From assembly GCA_028534125.1 (NCBI GenBank), contig CM052832.1:11162001-11226000 (forward strand): DNA of 64,000 nt, written 5' to 3'. This DNA is from Lama glama (lineage: Eukaryota). The notes beneath the pieces are model-generated. The model searched no databases and was not told the origin of the DNA. It saw only the letters and a program-made list of their open reading frames with translations. Of this stretch, positions 40,401-52,574 are shown in pieces. Each line of letters starts with the position of its first letter. Position 1 is the stretch's first letter. The translations under genes were made by a program, and so were the position numbers.

Positions 40401-41099
40401 GTCCTACACATCCTTCTAGAGTTAACTCAGCTACCGCTGAGTTAAATCAAGGGTCTAATTAACACTGTTTAGCTACCACCAAGGTGTGGATTCTATAATA
40501 CAATTTGGCTTTTTAGGAGCTCCAAACATGGAGAAGGCAAAACAGAGACTCGGTCCTTCCTTGACTGTAATGCAATACACTCAATGTTATGTCAGAGGTA
40601 CATGCTATAAGACTGTAGGGGGAAGGAGGAAGGAGTGACCAGGGGAGCCTTACAAAGGGAGTTTGAAAGAGAAGGGGCCATGGGAGCAAGCCTGGCAGGA
40701 CAAGTGGACCAGGGAGATGAGGACTGGGGCAGAGCCTTTCAGGAAGAAAGAGCTACAAACAAGGGCGCAGAAGTGGACATGCTTGCAACTTGGCTCAGTA
40801 CTCAGTGCAGTAAAACCTGAGTTAACCCTTGAGGAAAGATGGGGCTTGCTGGTGGACACAGCGGTCAGCCGCACGGGAGCACCCCACTCACACATCACAG
40901 TCTGACCTGTGTTGTCTTAAAAGGATGCTGTTTACCTCAGAAACCTCACATCAGTCTCTCTTCCTCCCACCAGCTTACCAACTGATTTTTTCCTACCACA
41001 TCCCTTATTCTGTTCGTGATACTGGATTTAGGTTTTGGCTTTAGTTTTCCTTCAAGCTGGTTAATTGCCAGTAACTACAACCACCACCCTCAAAGCCAT

Positions 41100-41330
41100 A
41101 GCTAAGGCTTGTTAAGTGCTTTCCCTAGGCCAGGGGCTGACAACCTTAGCAACCATCCTTTGAGGGAGGTATTACTTATTATCAATGCCATTTTTCAGAT
41201 GAGAGAACTTAGGCTCAGAGAGGCGCAATAATCCGTGAGGTCTTACAACAGGTGGGTGGGGAGCCAAACGCAGGATTCAAGCGCAGCTTTGTCTGAGTCT
41301 AGAACCCATCTTCTTGACCACCATGCTGTG
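41100..41330 (-). mobile_element. MIR SINE
   Basis: ttttcagatgagagaacttaggctcagagagg...ggattcaagc. Confidence 0.75.
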
Positions 41331-41377
41331 ACGACCCTCCCTAAGCTATCCTTACTCCGCTCACTCTGAGAAACAGG

Positions 41378-41597
41378 GCAGGAGGCAACAGACTTCTTCC
41401 GTGAGAGGGCCAGACAGCAAATATTTTCAGTTCTGCGAACCACACAGCCTCTATTACAACACTCAACTCCACCCTTTGCTCGCACGATGTCGGCTACAGA
41501 CAACACAGAAATAAATGGCACGGCTGGGTTGCAGTAAAACTGTACTTACACAACAAGGTGACAGACTGGGCTTGGCTGCTCAAGGTTCGGCTCCTAA
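41378..41597 (+). mobile_element. MER58A-like MITE
   Basis: gggccagacagcaaatattttcag...aaatggcacggctgggttgcagtaaaactgtacttaca. Confidence 0.75.
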
Positions 41598-41804
41598 TCT
41601 ATAGCAGTTTGTTCGCTCAGCCAGCGTTGACTGAGTGTCTTCCCTGTGCCTGGTGCGTTCTGGATTCTGGGTAGCGGGGAAACCACGCAAGTCTCCACCC
41701 CCTCCCCCGTGGAGCTTAAACCCTAGCAAAGATTCGGCTGTTTGTTTCACCTGTGTCTGATACCCTGCCTCCTAATCTTGCTCCTCTTCACGCTGCCCTT
41801 AGGT

Positions 41805-41960
41805 CCGTGGTTCTCAGTTTAAACTTTAGATCACCTGGGGGGCTTGTCGAACAATCAATCCCTGGGTGCCACTCCTCAGAGATTCTAATTTACCTGGCCT
41901 GGGGTGGGCCCAGGTTCTGATCATTTTACAAGCTTCCCAGGTGATGGGTTGCGACACAGG
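41805..41960. mobile_element. MER5-family MITE
   Basis: gtggttctca...atcacctggggggcttg...ggggtgggcccagg...ttcccaggtgat. Confidence 0.7.
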
Positions 41961-44900
41961 GCTTGGGTAGCTGTTTGTCTCCTGCCTCCTGTTTCTTCCA
42001 CTTACTGTGTGAAATAGGGGGACTCTTCTAAGCCCTCAGTTTGAGTTGTCAAATGTGGATAATCCTAATCACCCAGGATTGTTATGAAGATGAAATGAGA
42101 CCACATGCTTTTCAAACTGGAGGCTGTCATACAAATATTGGGTGCCACTGTCATCCTGCCATTACGATTTGGTTTTAATGGTAGGTCCTGTCTCATTGAT
42201 TTCCCACCTTGATTTTGATTTTGATGCTTGGGACCAAGAGAGTTTTTGGGATTTCTCAAACCAGCTCTGTGGGTAGCGCCTAATAGCCCGTGGCCCTTCC
42301 TTTATCCCAGTAGAGAATCGCACGGGGCTGCCGTTTGTTTGGCCCGGGGAGCACTGTTCTGTGCCTGCTTTTGTATTGAAGGTCTCCATCTCATAGCTGA
42401 CCTTTGAGCGCCATTGTGAAGCCTTGAATAAGCAGCTGATGGACAAATGCAAACCCAAACCCATGTACTTTCACGAGTTTAGAACTAGCAAGGGAAAGGT
42501 ATCACCATTCTGCTGAATGCTGATCGGGCCCTGCCCGTGTATTATTTCATCCTCAGAACCACCCTGGGACATGAGAATAGCTCTTGTTCTCACTTGACAG
42601 ACGAAGAAGACTCAAAGAGGGCGGACAGCTTGTGACCTGATGGGTCCAGAACTCCAGTCTGGGTCTTCTTGATTCTGAAGCTCTCTGCACAGCACCCTGG
42701 GGCAGCATACAAATAACTCAGCTCCTCTTCAGCCAGGATTCAATGAGCTACCAAACTGCCTAAAGTTTCTTTTTCCCAGGTTTTTTTTTCCTTTTCTTTT
42801 CTTTTCTTTTCTTTTCTTTGTTTGGAGGGGGAGACCCAGAAAGAACCCCACCACACCTGCTCTTACCCATAGTCTGAGAAGCCTCGCACGTCACTAGCAC
42901 GTTGATCCACAGGGCCAAAGAAAAGGCATTTCATCCCTTACAGCATTTTGATGGTACAGTTTTCTAACCTCATAATGAAACAAACAAACAAACAAACAAA
43001 GCAAACCAACCAAAAAAACTGTGAGCGAGCTGGAGAAATAGATACTGCCAGGAGTGAGGAATTCACTGACCCCCAATCTGGGCCGTCTCAAGAGAAGCTG
43101 GCCACTGGCTGAGCCTCTTAAAAGCTGAAAAGTCATCCCAGGCCATGGTTAAAGAGAGAGCTTGAACAAAACAGAAACAAATGTGACCTTCAAAGTCTTA
43201 AATGTCAACTTGAAGGATAACTTAGAAGCTCTGAGATGGGCCAAGAGAACCTGCAGCTGCTTTCTCCACATCATAAGTTCCTTCCGTCCTTTGGACCTGC
43301 CAAGCCCCCAGACAGTGTGTCCATCAGCAAGGGGAAGCCTCCCCAGCCCATACCCACTAAGATGTTTACAGATGGCTAAAATTCCATTTTTTTACAACTT
43401 GTCAGATTCTCCCCTCTCCCTTTGACCTGAGCACACTTGAAGAGCAGTGACAGCCTCTGACCTCAGGCTTGTCCTTCAAGACTCCGCTGTTCCTTGAGCT
43501 TCCTGTCCCTCCCCAACCCTCTCACCTCCCTACCCCCCACCACGCACGTACAGCCGGCTCTGCTGCCCTTCTCCCTCCTGAGAACTCAAACACAGGAGGG
43601 GTTTCCAGGCAAGATATCCAGGATGCCTGGTGTCTCCTCCCAGCTCTCAGGATAACAGACCGGCCATGCTCCTGGATAATCCTCACCGGCCACTGTTTCT
43701 AGAGGGAGGAAGTAAGGGTGACCTGAGCCCTAGAAACTCCACCCCTCAGCCTTCAAAAACAGAAAACATGTATCCAGATTTGGGGAAGGGTCCTTTCCAA
43801 AGCACATGGGTTCCTGATGGCTGAAAAACTGGAAAACAAAATTATGAGATCCCCTTTGTTAAGGGTCTACAGCATTCCTAGCTCTGTACTCTTCCCTTGG
43901 CATAAATATTATTTTCGTGACAGCCTGGTGAGGTAAATTTTAACCTCATTTGATAAAGTGAGGAAGCTGAAGCTCAGAAGAAATCAGTAATGTTTCCCAG
44001 GTTACTAACTCTCCCCTGGGCAGAGAGCTCTGCTGTCTGCTCTTTGGCTGTTGTGCCAGGCTGCATTTGAGGTCCAGAGCTGAAGGACACAGGATCCCTG
44101 AACACAGAGCCTCTGGTTGTGGAGATGCAGAGGATCATCTGCTGTCAAAGCCAAGGACACCCTCCAAGAAGTTCTTCCTGCGTTTGCCCTTTGGACCTTC
44201 AGGAGAGCTAAGGTGCACCCTCTGTAAGTATTCTGATCTCAGAGCTGACCTAAGAGCTGGCCAGAAGCTTAGGCTGACAGAAGGGGCAATGAGAAGGCTT
44301 CCACGTCAGCCCAAGTGTCAGGGGCCTGGGAATCCATCTGTCCTGGGTCCAAAGTAGGTGAAATGTCCCCCAGAGCAAACTCAGAAGGGTCAGGATTCAA
44401 CTGACCCTCCAAGAGGGCGATGAAAGAGTGCTAAGCCCAATTCTCACCTTCGGCTCTCCCAGAGGAGTTCTGGGCTGGGGCAAGAGGCTACCCTAGACCC
44501 CCAGATGGGTCCACGCTGTCCCTGGGTACTCGGCCTTCTGCTTGTAAATGGTGAGAGTGAGCGGGATAGTTTAAACTGTTACTTCCATTGGCTCCACTGT
44601 AACAAAGCCAGCCTCTGCCTCACTGATGATCTTTGCACCCTCCCAACCACCTACACTTGGCCCTGCCCGATTCTTTACTTCTGGATCTAGGCTCTTCAGT
44701 AATGGGGAGAATTTAACCTGTTTTGCATCCAGAAACTCTGGGGGCAGGAAGCTGGGGAAGAAGACTGGGGAGAGGACATGTTTCCACAGAAAGCAATAGT
44801 CTTCCAACCTTCCCCTCACTCACCCAAACTAAAAACCTCTACCAGCCTTCCTATTGGTCCCGCCTCACAGCCTCCCCTCTTCCTGAACTCCTGACTCTCT

Positions 44901-46970
44901 TCTCAGTTCTAACACCCAGGAGAAGTTTCCCTCCTCTTTTTGTCCTGATGGGGGCACGAGTATTCCCTCAGCATCTCAGGATCCAGAGGAAAAGCCCTGG
45001 AAACTCGGCTAGAAGTCATGAGCTGGAGTGTGCAACTACCACTGAGCAAGACAATAATAGGGCAGTTGTTTATTTAAAAAGGAGAGAAATGGGGGTCAAC
45101 GCAGCTCCCAGAGCAATTGAGAAATGGCCCGTTTATGCTTCCATGCCTGAGGCCACGACCACATGGTCACTAAGGCACAAATAGGCGCCGACACGTGCTT
45201 CTCACGGGTACCCAGCTACCCCCGTTTCCACGCACTTTTGTTTTCACGGGCCTTTAGCTCAATTTCCTTCTTCTTCATCACATTCAAGTCAAAGACACAG
45301 TACTGAAGTTAAAGGAGTCTATAGCTGACACTGCTGTCTGCTCGGTCTTTTATAGCTCTTCCCCAGGGGTCAATTTGTATAATTTCTAAAATCCTTCCCA
45401 AATCTTGAACTTCCTGTGGGTCTGGTTTTAGATCCAGATTTCCTCCCGGTCGCTTGATTTTATTCTCTCATTTTTTTTCTAGGACACAGGGAGAGTCCAG
45501 TAATCTTCCTCCCACCCAAACATTGTAGGTTGGTTCAGTTGCAAAACACAAACCCAGAGACCCGGCTAGGACGAAGCTGAAAGGGCTCTCTTTGTGGTCA
45601 CTGGTTTGTTGAACTAAGCTATTGACATCCAGTGCGTGCATTGGGCAATCCAGGGCTGGTGGGTCCAAACAGTCCCGCACCCCCTTTCCTCCCACTCTCA
45701 GTAGAGCACAATCCCCCCTCTACATCCTAGGGAAAATCCATTCCTTCTTTCAGCCAACTTTTCAGAGAAATCCAAGAAACTGACACCAAACTCGGAAGGA
45801 ACGGCAACACAAAACTTGAAACTATTTAAAGATGGGAAGTTGCTCTCTTTTCCCTTGTACATTTCCAGGAAAATCACCAGGGACTCTTTCCTGGAGAGGT
45901 GTGATTTTTTTCCTTCCCAGGAACTTTGTAAATGCACCACAGGACTGTGGAAGAGTGGCCAAGGCAGAGAGAGAAGAGTTAAATCAAGCCCAGACCTCAA
46001 CAATCTGTGTTCAATTTTGATAAAAATCTCTCCCCCTCTCCCCCACCTCCCCCCTTCCTCCACCCCACAGCTCATACATGTCTCTTTATGTTACGAGCTT
46101 GCATCTTGTTTGGGGCACTGCAGCGCTCCCAGAAAACCCCGCATGGCCGCCAATGTGGGCACATGTGGCAGACACGTCCATCCCATTCTCTGGCAGGGCT
46201 GGACACCGAGCTTCAGTGTCCTGCCCACTACCTCCTCCTCCTCCCTGTCCCCTTTACAATTACCTGCCTCCAGACCAGATCCTTCCTTCCTGGTTAAGTC
46301 AAAGCCCCATTGCCTGGCGCTGTCCGAACCACAGCAGGCAGATGGGCAGCAGCCGCAGGTGCTAAGATTCCCCAGTCAGGACCCCTTTCCTGGGATGCTC
46401 CTTCCCTCTCCCAAGGTCCCACTGCCTCTGAGAGCAAGAACCTCCCTGCTCCCTCTGCCCTGCCTGCTGGCCAGAGGCCAGTTTTGCCAGTGGGAGCTGG
46501 GGGCTAGTAAAGAGTTAAATCACCCGAAGGAAGGCACAGCCTGAACCAGGAAAAGCCACCACCAAAAAGTTGTCAGTTTGGGGGGCAACCGGCTATGTTT
46601 GTCCACTTGTGACAACAAGGAATCAGATTTCAAAGCCACAAACAAACATTTAAAAAAAAAAGTTTTCCAAAGACATTTCCTGTGTCCAGATGTGCCCATC
46701 CAGACAGACACAGACACACACGCAAATCACACCCATCGGCACAGACACGCACGCAGGGCCTGCGAGCCCCACTCAAGGATCCTGCGCGGCTCCAGCAAGC
46801 ACTTTGGAGAAACAAAACAGGCAGCCCGCGGAGCCGCTGCCTTTTCAATCCCGTTTCAGCGTTGGAAAGAAAGTAGAGGGAGAGAGAAGTGGGGAAGTAC
46901 CCCGAAAGCCTCCTGCGGTCCTCCCGTCCCCGGATGCGAAGCAAGGACGTGAGGGGGCAGCCGCACTTAC

Positions 46971-46984
46971 TCCGAGGACCCCAT
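46971..46984 (-). CDS. Putative 14-nt coding start or uORF start in exon 1 (M-G-S-S-[D/E], phase-2 intron)
   Basis: ATG at 46984-46982 in strong Kozak context (G at -3, G at +4) immediately before the donor. No confirmed partner exon in the window. Confidence 0.4.
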
Positions 46985-47070
46985 GGCGCGTCCTCCGCTC
47001 CCGCAGCCCCGCGCCCGGCTGCGCGCCCGCCGCCCGCTGCGCCCCGCTTCGCGCTGTGCTCGCTCTATTC
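46971..47070 (-). other. First exon of the minus-strand gene (TSS position approximate)
   Basis: Minus strand reads ...GGAGGACGCGCCATGGGGTCCTCGGA|GTAAGT, with donor GTAAGT at 46970-46965, about 150 bp downstream of the CRE/GC boxes. Confidence 0.75.
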
Positions 47071-47124
47071 CGACCAAACCTCGCCGCTTCCCCTGGGCCG
47101 GCCTCGCGCCCGCCCGCCCCGCTC

Positions 47125-47132
47125 TGACGTCA
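47125..47132. promoter_or_regulatory. Full CRE (CREB/ATF site)
   Basis: Exact TGACGTCA next to GC boxes inside the CpG island. Confidence 0.8.
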
Positions 47133-48579
47133 GGCGTCTTGGAGCGGGATATTTATGGCAAGGATACTCTGAATTTTCCCTAGGTAGAGTTCTGATTGCA
47201 GTTTCTTGGGATTTGTAATTTTCACACTCTCAGACAGAAAGCAGGGGAGGGAGGCAGGGAGAGCGCAGCCGGCAGGGCGAGGCAGACAATGAGGGTAGCT
47301 GTTTCCAACTCTGGCAAGGAGCCTTCTCTGGGCTCCCTCTGTTTTGGAAACATGTAATGGTCAGGGAGGCAGAAGCGGTGACCTAGGCGGTGGGTTTCTC
47401 CTGGCTCCTTCCCTGGCCCGAGCCGGCTGGGAGGTCAGGTGCTGGGGGCAGGGGAGAGCTCTCTTCACAGACCAGGTCCCTGCCCGGACACTAAAGTACC
47501 AGGAAGGTGCTAGGGCAAAAAAGGAGATAAATCAGGCTGAACAGAACAGCTACTTAGAAGCCCTGGTCCACACCCTAACAACTTTTCCATTTCTTCTCTG
47601 GGAGTGGGTGCATTTAAAACAAACAAACAAAAGTTTATTTTTATTAAATTAGGTTCCACGCTCCCTGCCTCTGTATAGCTTTTCCAACTTAGTACCAGTC
47701 AATTCATCTTACTTCATTGCTTATATACAGAGTTTGAGCCATTTACAATAGCTCTCATTCATACTTTTAAACATTGCTTTTAATTTTTTTTTTTTCCTTA
47801 AATGTGATTGTGACCTACCTCCTGTTCTGGACTGGAAGTTGCCTTAGTCAAAAACAACTGTCTCCTCCACGATTGGCACCATGCTAAGGGTGAGTCTAGG
47901 TTTTCTCTGTCTCCCTGACACTCTCAAGAGTGAGCAAGCAGACAGTGCCCACACTGGGTGATGACCTACACAGAGTTTTCTGGGTGTTCAGTCCTGGATT
48001 CCTGTGGTCATCTGTTTCTCCACCTAGCTGAAGGAGTTGAGGGAAATGGGTTGGTTTAAGGACCATCCTTCCAGAGTAGAGAAAAGGAGAGCATAATGTT
48101 TTATCCTATATGGTTCCCAAGGACTGGAGAATGAACTGAAAAATGATATGCATGAGATGCAAATCGCTTGTAGAGTTGGACAACATAAGCGTGCAGGTAT
48201 TCAAGTCCCGATTAAGGAGAAGGAACACAGACAACCACAAGCCATCACTAAAACAACTCCATGAGCTTTCTGTTAGCCCAGATGGGGTAAAGGTGGTGGT
48301 GTGTCTTAACCACAGTTACAGTGCAGCAGGGACTCAAGGACTTGGAATGTATTTACCCCTTTGGCAGCAGCTGGTTAGGGCTGATTGCCTGAGGAGCCAA
48401 GTCTTGGGGCTAGGCCTCTTGGTTGGAGACAGCCAAGATGTTTTGGTCCAAGCCACAGAGGGCTCAGAGCCCTGCAGTTTGGTCACTGTCAAGTTGTCCT
48501 CCTGAACATCATAACCCCTGCCACATCCCTCCAGCCCCTTCCTCACATCAAGTTTCCACTGGCAGGCTGAGCTCTGATC

Positions 48580-49617
48580 TGTAGTAGACACTGCACATTG
48601 GCTTCCAAAAGCTACTGATAAACCCCTTCTCCCTTGCCTTCCTCAACTAAAGAAAACTAAAATCTACAATATTCACCATTCCAGACTCCCTTGTAGCTAG
48701 AGATAGCTATGAAACCTAGTTCCGGCCAGTGAAGTTGGCATGCAGAAGGCAGGGTCATCTTCCACAAAAACTCATTAAGAAAAAGCCAGATTCACATACA
48801 GATGGCCAACAGGCACATGAAAAGATGCTCAACATTGATAATTGTTAGAGACATACAAGTCAAAAGTACAGTAAGGAATCACCTTGTACCAGTCAGAATG
48901 GCTATCATCAAAAAATTGACAAATAATAAATGCTGGAGATGGTGTGGAAAAAAGGGATCCCTCCTACACTGCTGGTGGGAATGTAATTTGGTGCAGCTGC
49001 AATGGAGGACAGTATGGAGTTTCCTTAAAAAAACTAGAGTTACCATATGATCCAGCGATCCCACTCCTAGGCATATATCTAGAGAAAACTTATTTGAAAA
49101 GATACATGCACCACAATGTTCATAGCAGCACTATTTACAACAGTCAAGACATGAAAACAACCTAAATATCCATCAACAGATGAGTGGATAAAGAAGATGT
49201 GGTATTTATATATATAATATATATATAAATAATGGAATATTACTCAGTCATAAAAAAGAATGAAATAATGCCATTTGTAGCAACATGGATGGACCTAGTG
49301 GTTATCATACTAAGTGAACTAAGTCAGACAGTGAGAGACAAATATCATGACATCACTTATAATGTTAAATCTAAAAAAAAAAAGATACAAATGAACTTAT
49401 TTTCAAAACAGAAAGACTCACACACATAGAAAACAAATTTACAGTTATCGAAAAGGAACGGTGTAGGGGAGGGATAAATTAGGAGTTTGGGATTAGCACA
49501 TACTAACTACTATATATAAAATAAACAACAAAATCCTATGGTATAGCACAGGGAATTAAATTCAGTATCTTATAATAAACTATAATGGAAAAGAATCTGA
49601 AAAAGAATATGTATGAA

Positions 49618-49666
<49 letters not shown>

Positions 49667-50067
49667 CTGAATCACTATGTATTACATCAGAAACTATCAC
49701 AATATTGTAAATCACCTATACTTGTATTTAAAAAATTTAAAAATTCAAAAAAAAGAAAAAGCCAGATTCAGATGGCATGCCCCTTAAACCCTTTGACATT
49801 TCCTCTTCCTCCTTGCCCCATTTCTTCTCTCTTGGAACACACATATGATGCCTGGAGGTACAGCAGCCATATTGCAACCTAGAAAAACAAATGCCACTCA
49901 AGGATGCTGGCGCAGGAAGATCAAAGAGCTGAGGCCCTAAGTGACATCCCTAAGTGGCTGTACTTTCTTCTGACTTCTTGTCAGGTGAGAAAAATAAACT
50001 CCTGTGTGTTCAAGCTATTATAGCTGAGCCTTGTGTTTTATAGCTAAATATAATCTTACCTGATACA
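48580..50067 (+). mobile_element. MLT1-type MaLR LTR split by an L1
   Basis: TGTAGTAG start, ...cctgataca end, and the two halves rejoin at the L1 TSD. Confidence 0.75.
48795..49752 (+). mobile_element. 5'-truncated L1, same subfamily as the other two young copies
   Basis: ORF2 C-terminus (MANRHMKRCST...CWWECNLVQ), 3' UTR, A tail, and a perfect 18-bp TSD aagaaaaagccagattca at 48777-48794 and 49753-49770 with a TT/AAGA endonuclease site. Confidence 0.96.
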
Positions 50068-52168
50068 CTCCCATCAATCTACCAAAATACAATATTGGGA
50101 CAGTTCCTGAGCATTAGCTTACAAGTATGACAATTCTTTTTAACCTCATACCAACATCATTCTTTATAGTTTTCAAAGCCTAGTTACATATATCTCCTCT
50201 GAACCTCACAATTTGGGGACATATCACTATAACCTCCATTTTTTATATAAGAAAAGAAGCCAGATTCGATAAATATCCTGCCCAAGATCACACAGTCAAC
50301 CAATAAGTGTCCCTTAGACCCTAAGCTAGTTCTTCTGACTCTAATTCTGTGTATTTTCTGCAACAACTTTAATAACCCAATAACAGACTCCAATGAAGAA
50401 TCCCTATTCCTGCAAAGTCATCATGAATTCTATTTAATTCAACGAAGATGAAGGAGATTGAAAGTAAGTTCTGGAACTGGAAAGTGCCACAGTGCACTTG
50501 GGAGTTAAGTCCAGTCCATTGTCTCCCTGAATCCCCCTCACCTTCCAGCTAGCTGCTGACATCCTGCCCTGAATCCCTGAAGTTGTGCTTTCTCAGGTCA
50601 CATGACCTTTTAGTTGACTCCAGTCTTGTCAGTCTTCGTTGTCACATCCTTCAAAATGTGTAGACCACCCCTTTCTTGAAGCACTCCCCTCTCTCAGGAA
50701 TGTCTTCTCAGCACTACAACCCCCCTTGTGCAGTTTCTCTTCCTGGGCCTTCTTCCACCTGGATGTCGAAGTTCCCCAGGGATCTGTTGGTCACTTTCCT
50801 TCTCCTGTGCATCACCGACTCTCCTCTTGTGATGTCATCCTTTCTTGTGACTTCCAGGCTCCATGACTATCAGGGAAAGTTAACTATTGTCTCTACACCC
50901 TAATCTATATTCCAAATACCATTTTCCCTCAACTTTAATCCTGCTTTTCCAACTACTTATCTTTATTGCCTAACTTTGGACAAAATAAATGGTATCTACA
51001 GAAAATTGTTACTATTTAAAAAAAAAGATGCAGGAAAGTGACTAAAGCACAAGAGAGTTTTGTGACCGACTCACTTCTAGTATCAGGAGCTTTGGTGCGA
51101 CCATCCCCCCTTGGAATCATACCACAGGCTGACCTACTTGACCACAGTTGTAAGGAAATGTAGTGGAATTAATGGAAGTTAGCAGGAGCAGACCAAATAG
51201 AAATGAAGAGCCAGGCTTAATGAGAAATAGGATATCCTCGTTAGCTCCTTTTAGCATTAATTCCTTTTAGAATATTCTTGTTAAGTTATTCTAGGCAAAA
51301 TCAGAGGAAGAAAGGGATTAAAGATCAGGTGAGTCAGGACCGGAGACTTAGAGGTGGTGGGTGGGGAGGATGAGAAGGACAGGGACAGGGGGAGTGAGGC
51401 TGTGCACCAGAATTTTCCAGGTCTGGGAGAGGGGAGGTTCTATCCCTCCCCAGGTGAACTTACTCTGGTTCTGTTGGGAAGAGGAGCAGGTGAAGCTTGT
51501 AAAATATGTGGTTCTAAGTGCTAAGGGGCTGTTTTTGAGGCTGGGTGAGCCCTGAAGTGTCCATAAAATGGGAGGGTCCCTTCCAAGTTCGTTTGGTTCA
51601 CCCTCTACCCCAACATTATCCCACACAGAGCCCTAAGATGGAGGCGGGTGGTGCTCTATTCTCAAGACCACAGGAGGGGGGGTGGTGGCTCCATCTTTCT
51701 TCACCTGTCAGCTGCACATTCCAGGAATGTTCCCTGAACACACAGTGAGGCTCTGTGCAGGACACTGCTCCTCTGGAAAATTCCACCTGCTCATTGAGGG
51801 TTCCTCAAATAGTTCATCAAGCTTGTCTTGGCTTCCAAAGCCAACCATGTACTTCCAAGGCCCAGCCAACTCATGGGAAAAGTAGAAAAAAGCTTCCCAA
51901 AGGTCCTTGCTTGCCCACTGTCCAGGGCCAGAGCTCCTGGTCTATATCGCATGGACCTCGGGAGCGCTCAGCAAAGACCTTGTGAGGGTAAGTGAGAATC
52001 CCATGAGTACGCCACCCAATCAGGGTGATGATGACCAGATCCCCCTCTTCTCCCTAATTTACTGAGAACTCAGGTGTTAAAAGTCAGAGACCCTCGTTAA
52101 ATCCTCAGTCTGGCCTCTCGCTGCTGTGTGATCTCAGCACAGCAGGAAACTTTCTGAAACTTGGTGTT

Positions 52169-52574
52169 TGTGATGGTTAATTTCATATGTCAACTTGGCT
52201 GGGCCATGGTGCCCAGATATTTGGTCAAACATCGTTCTGGATGTTTCCATGAGGGTGTTTTTTTGGATGAGGGGGAAATTCTATAATGTGGGTGGGCCAC
52301 ATTCAGCCAATTAAAGGCCGTAATAGAACATTGACCTCCAGGATTCTGCCAGCAGACATCCTTCAGAGTTGAACTGCAACTCTTCCCTGGATCTGCAGCC
52401 AACCAGCCTCCCCCATCAGACTTTGGGTTCATCAAACCTGCACAATTACAGGAGCCAGTTCCTTAAAAATCTATCTGTCTATCTATCTATCCATCCACTT
52501 ACCTACACACACGTGTACATGTGCATGCTCACATCCTGTTGGTTCCGTTTGTCTGGAGAACCTTGATTAATACA
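52169..52574 (+). mobile_element. MLT2B-like ERVL solo LTR inserted in a MIR
   Basis: tgtgatggttaatttcatatgtcaacttggctggg...tctggagaaccttgattaataca. Confidence 0.9.

Larger units (their letters stand above)
46700..47440 (-). promoter_or_regulatory. CpG island promoter of an unidentified minus-strand gene (TATA-less, CRE plus GC boxes)
   Basis: The strongest CpG/GC-rich block in the window. Palindromic CRE TGACGTCA at 47125-47132, tandem GC boxes (CCGCCC) at about 47106-47121, and a consensus splice donor downstream on the minus strand. Confidence 0.88.

Noticed and set aside
45816..46544. Longest ORF (242 aa, + strand)
   Set aside because: Non-ATG start, low-complexity Pro/Ser/Leu composition, no recognisable domain, and antisense to the inferred gene at the CpG-island shore.
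46971..46984. Assigning a gene symbol from MGSS[E/D] (for example ASMT or PLA2G4C)
   Set aside because: Four to five residues are not diagnostic, and no matching downstream exons are present.
46983..47183. Arg/Pro/Ala-rich + strand ORF from the palindromic CCATGG
   Set aside because: Typical GC-island artefact with a weaker Kozak context. The donor site and CRE position favour the minus strand.
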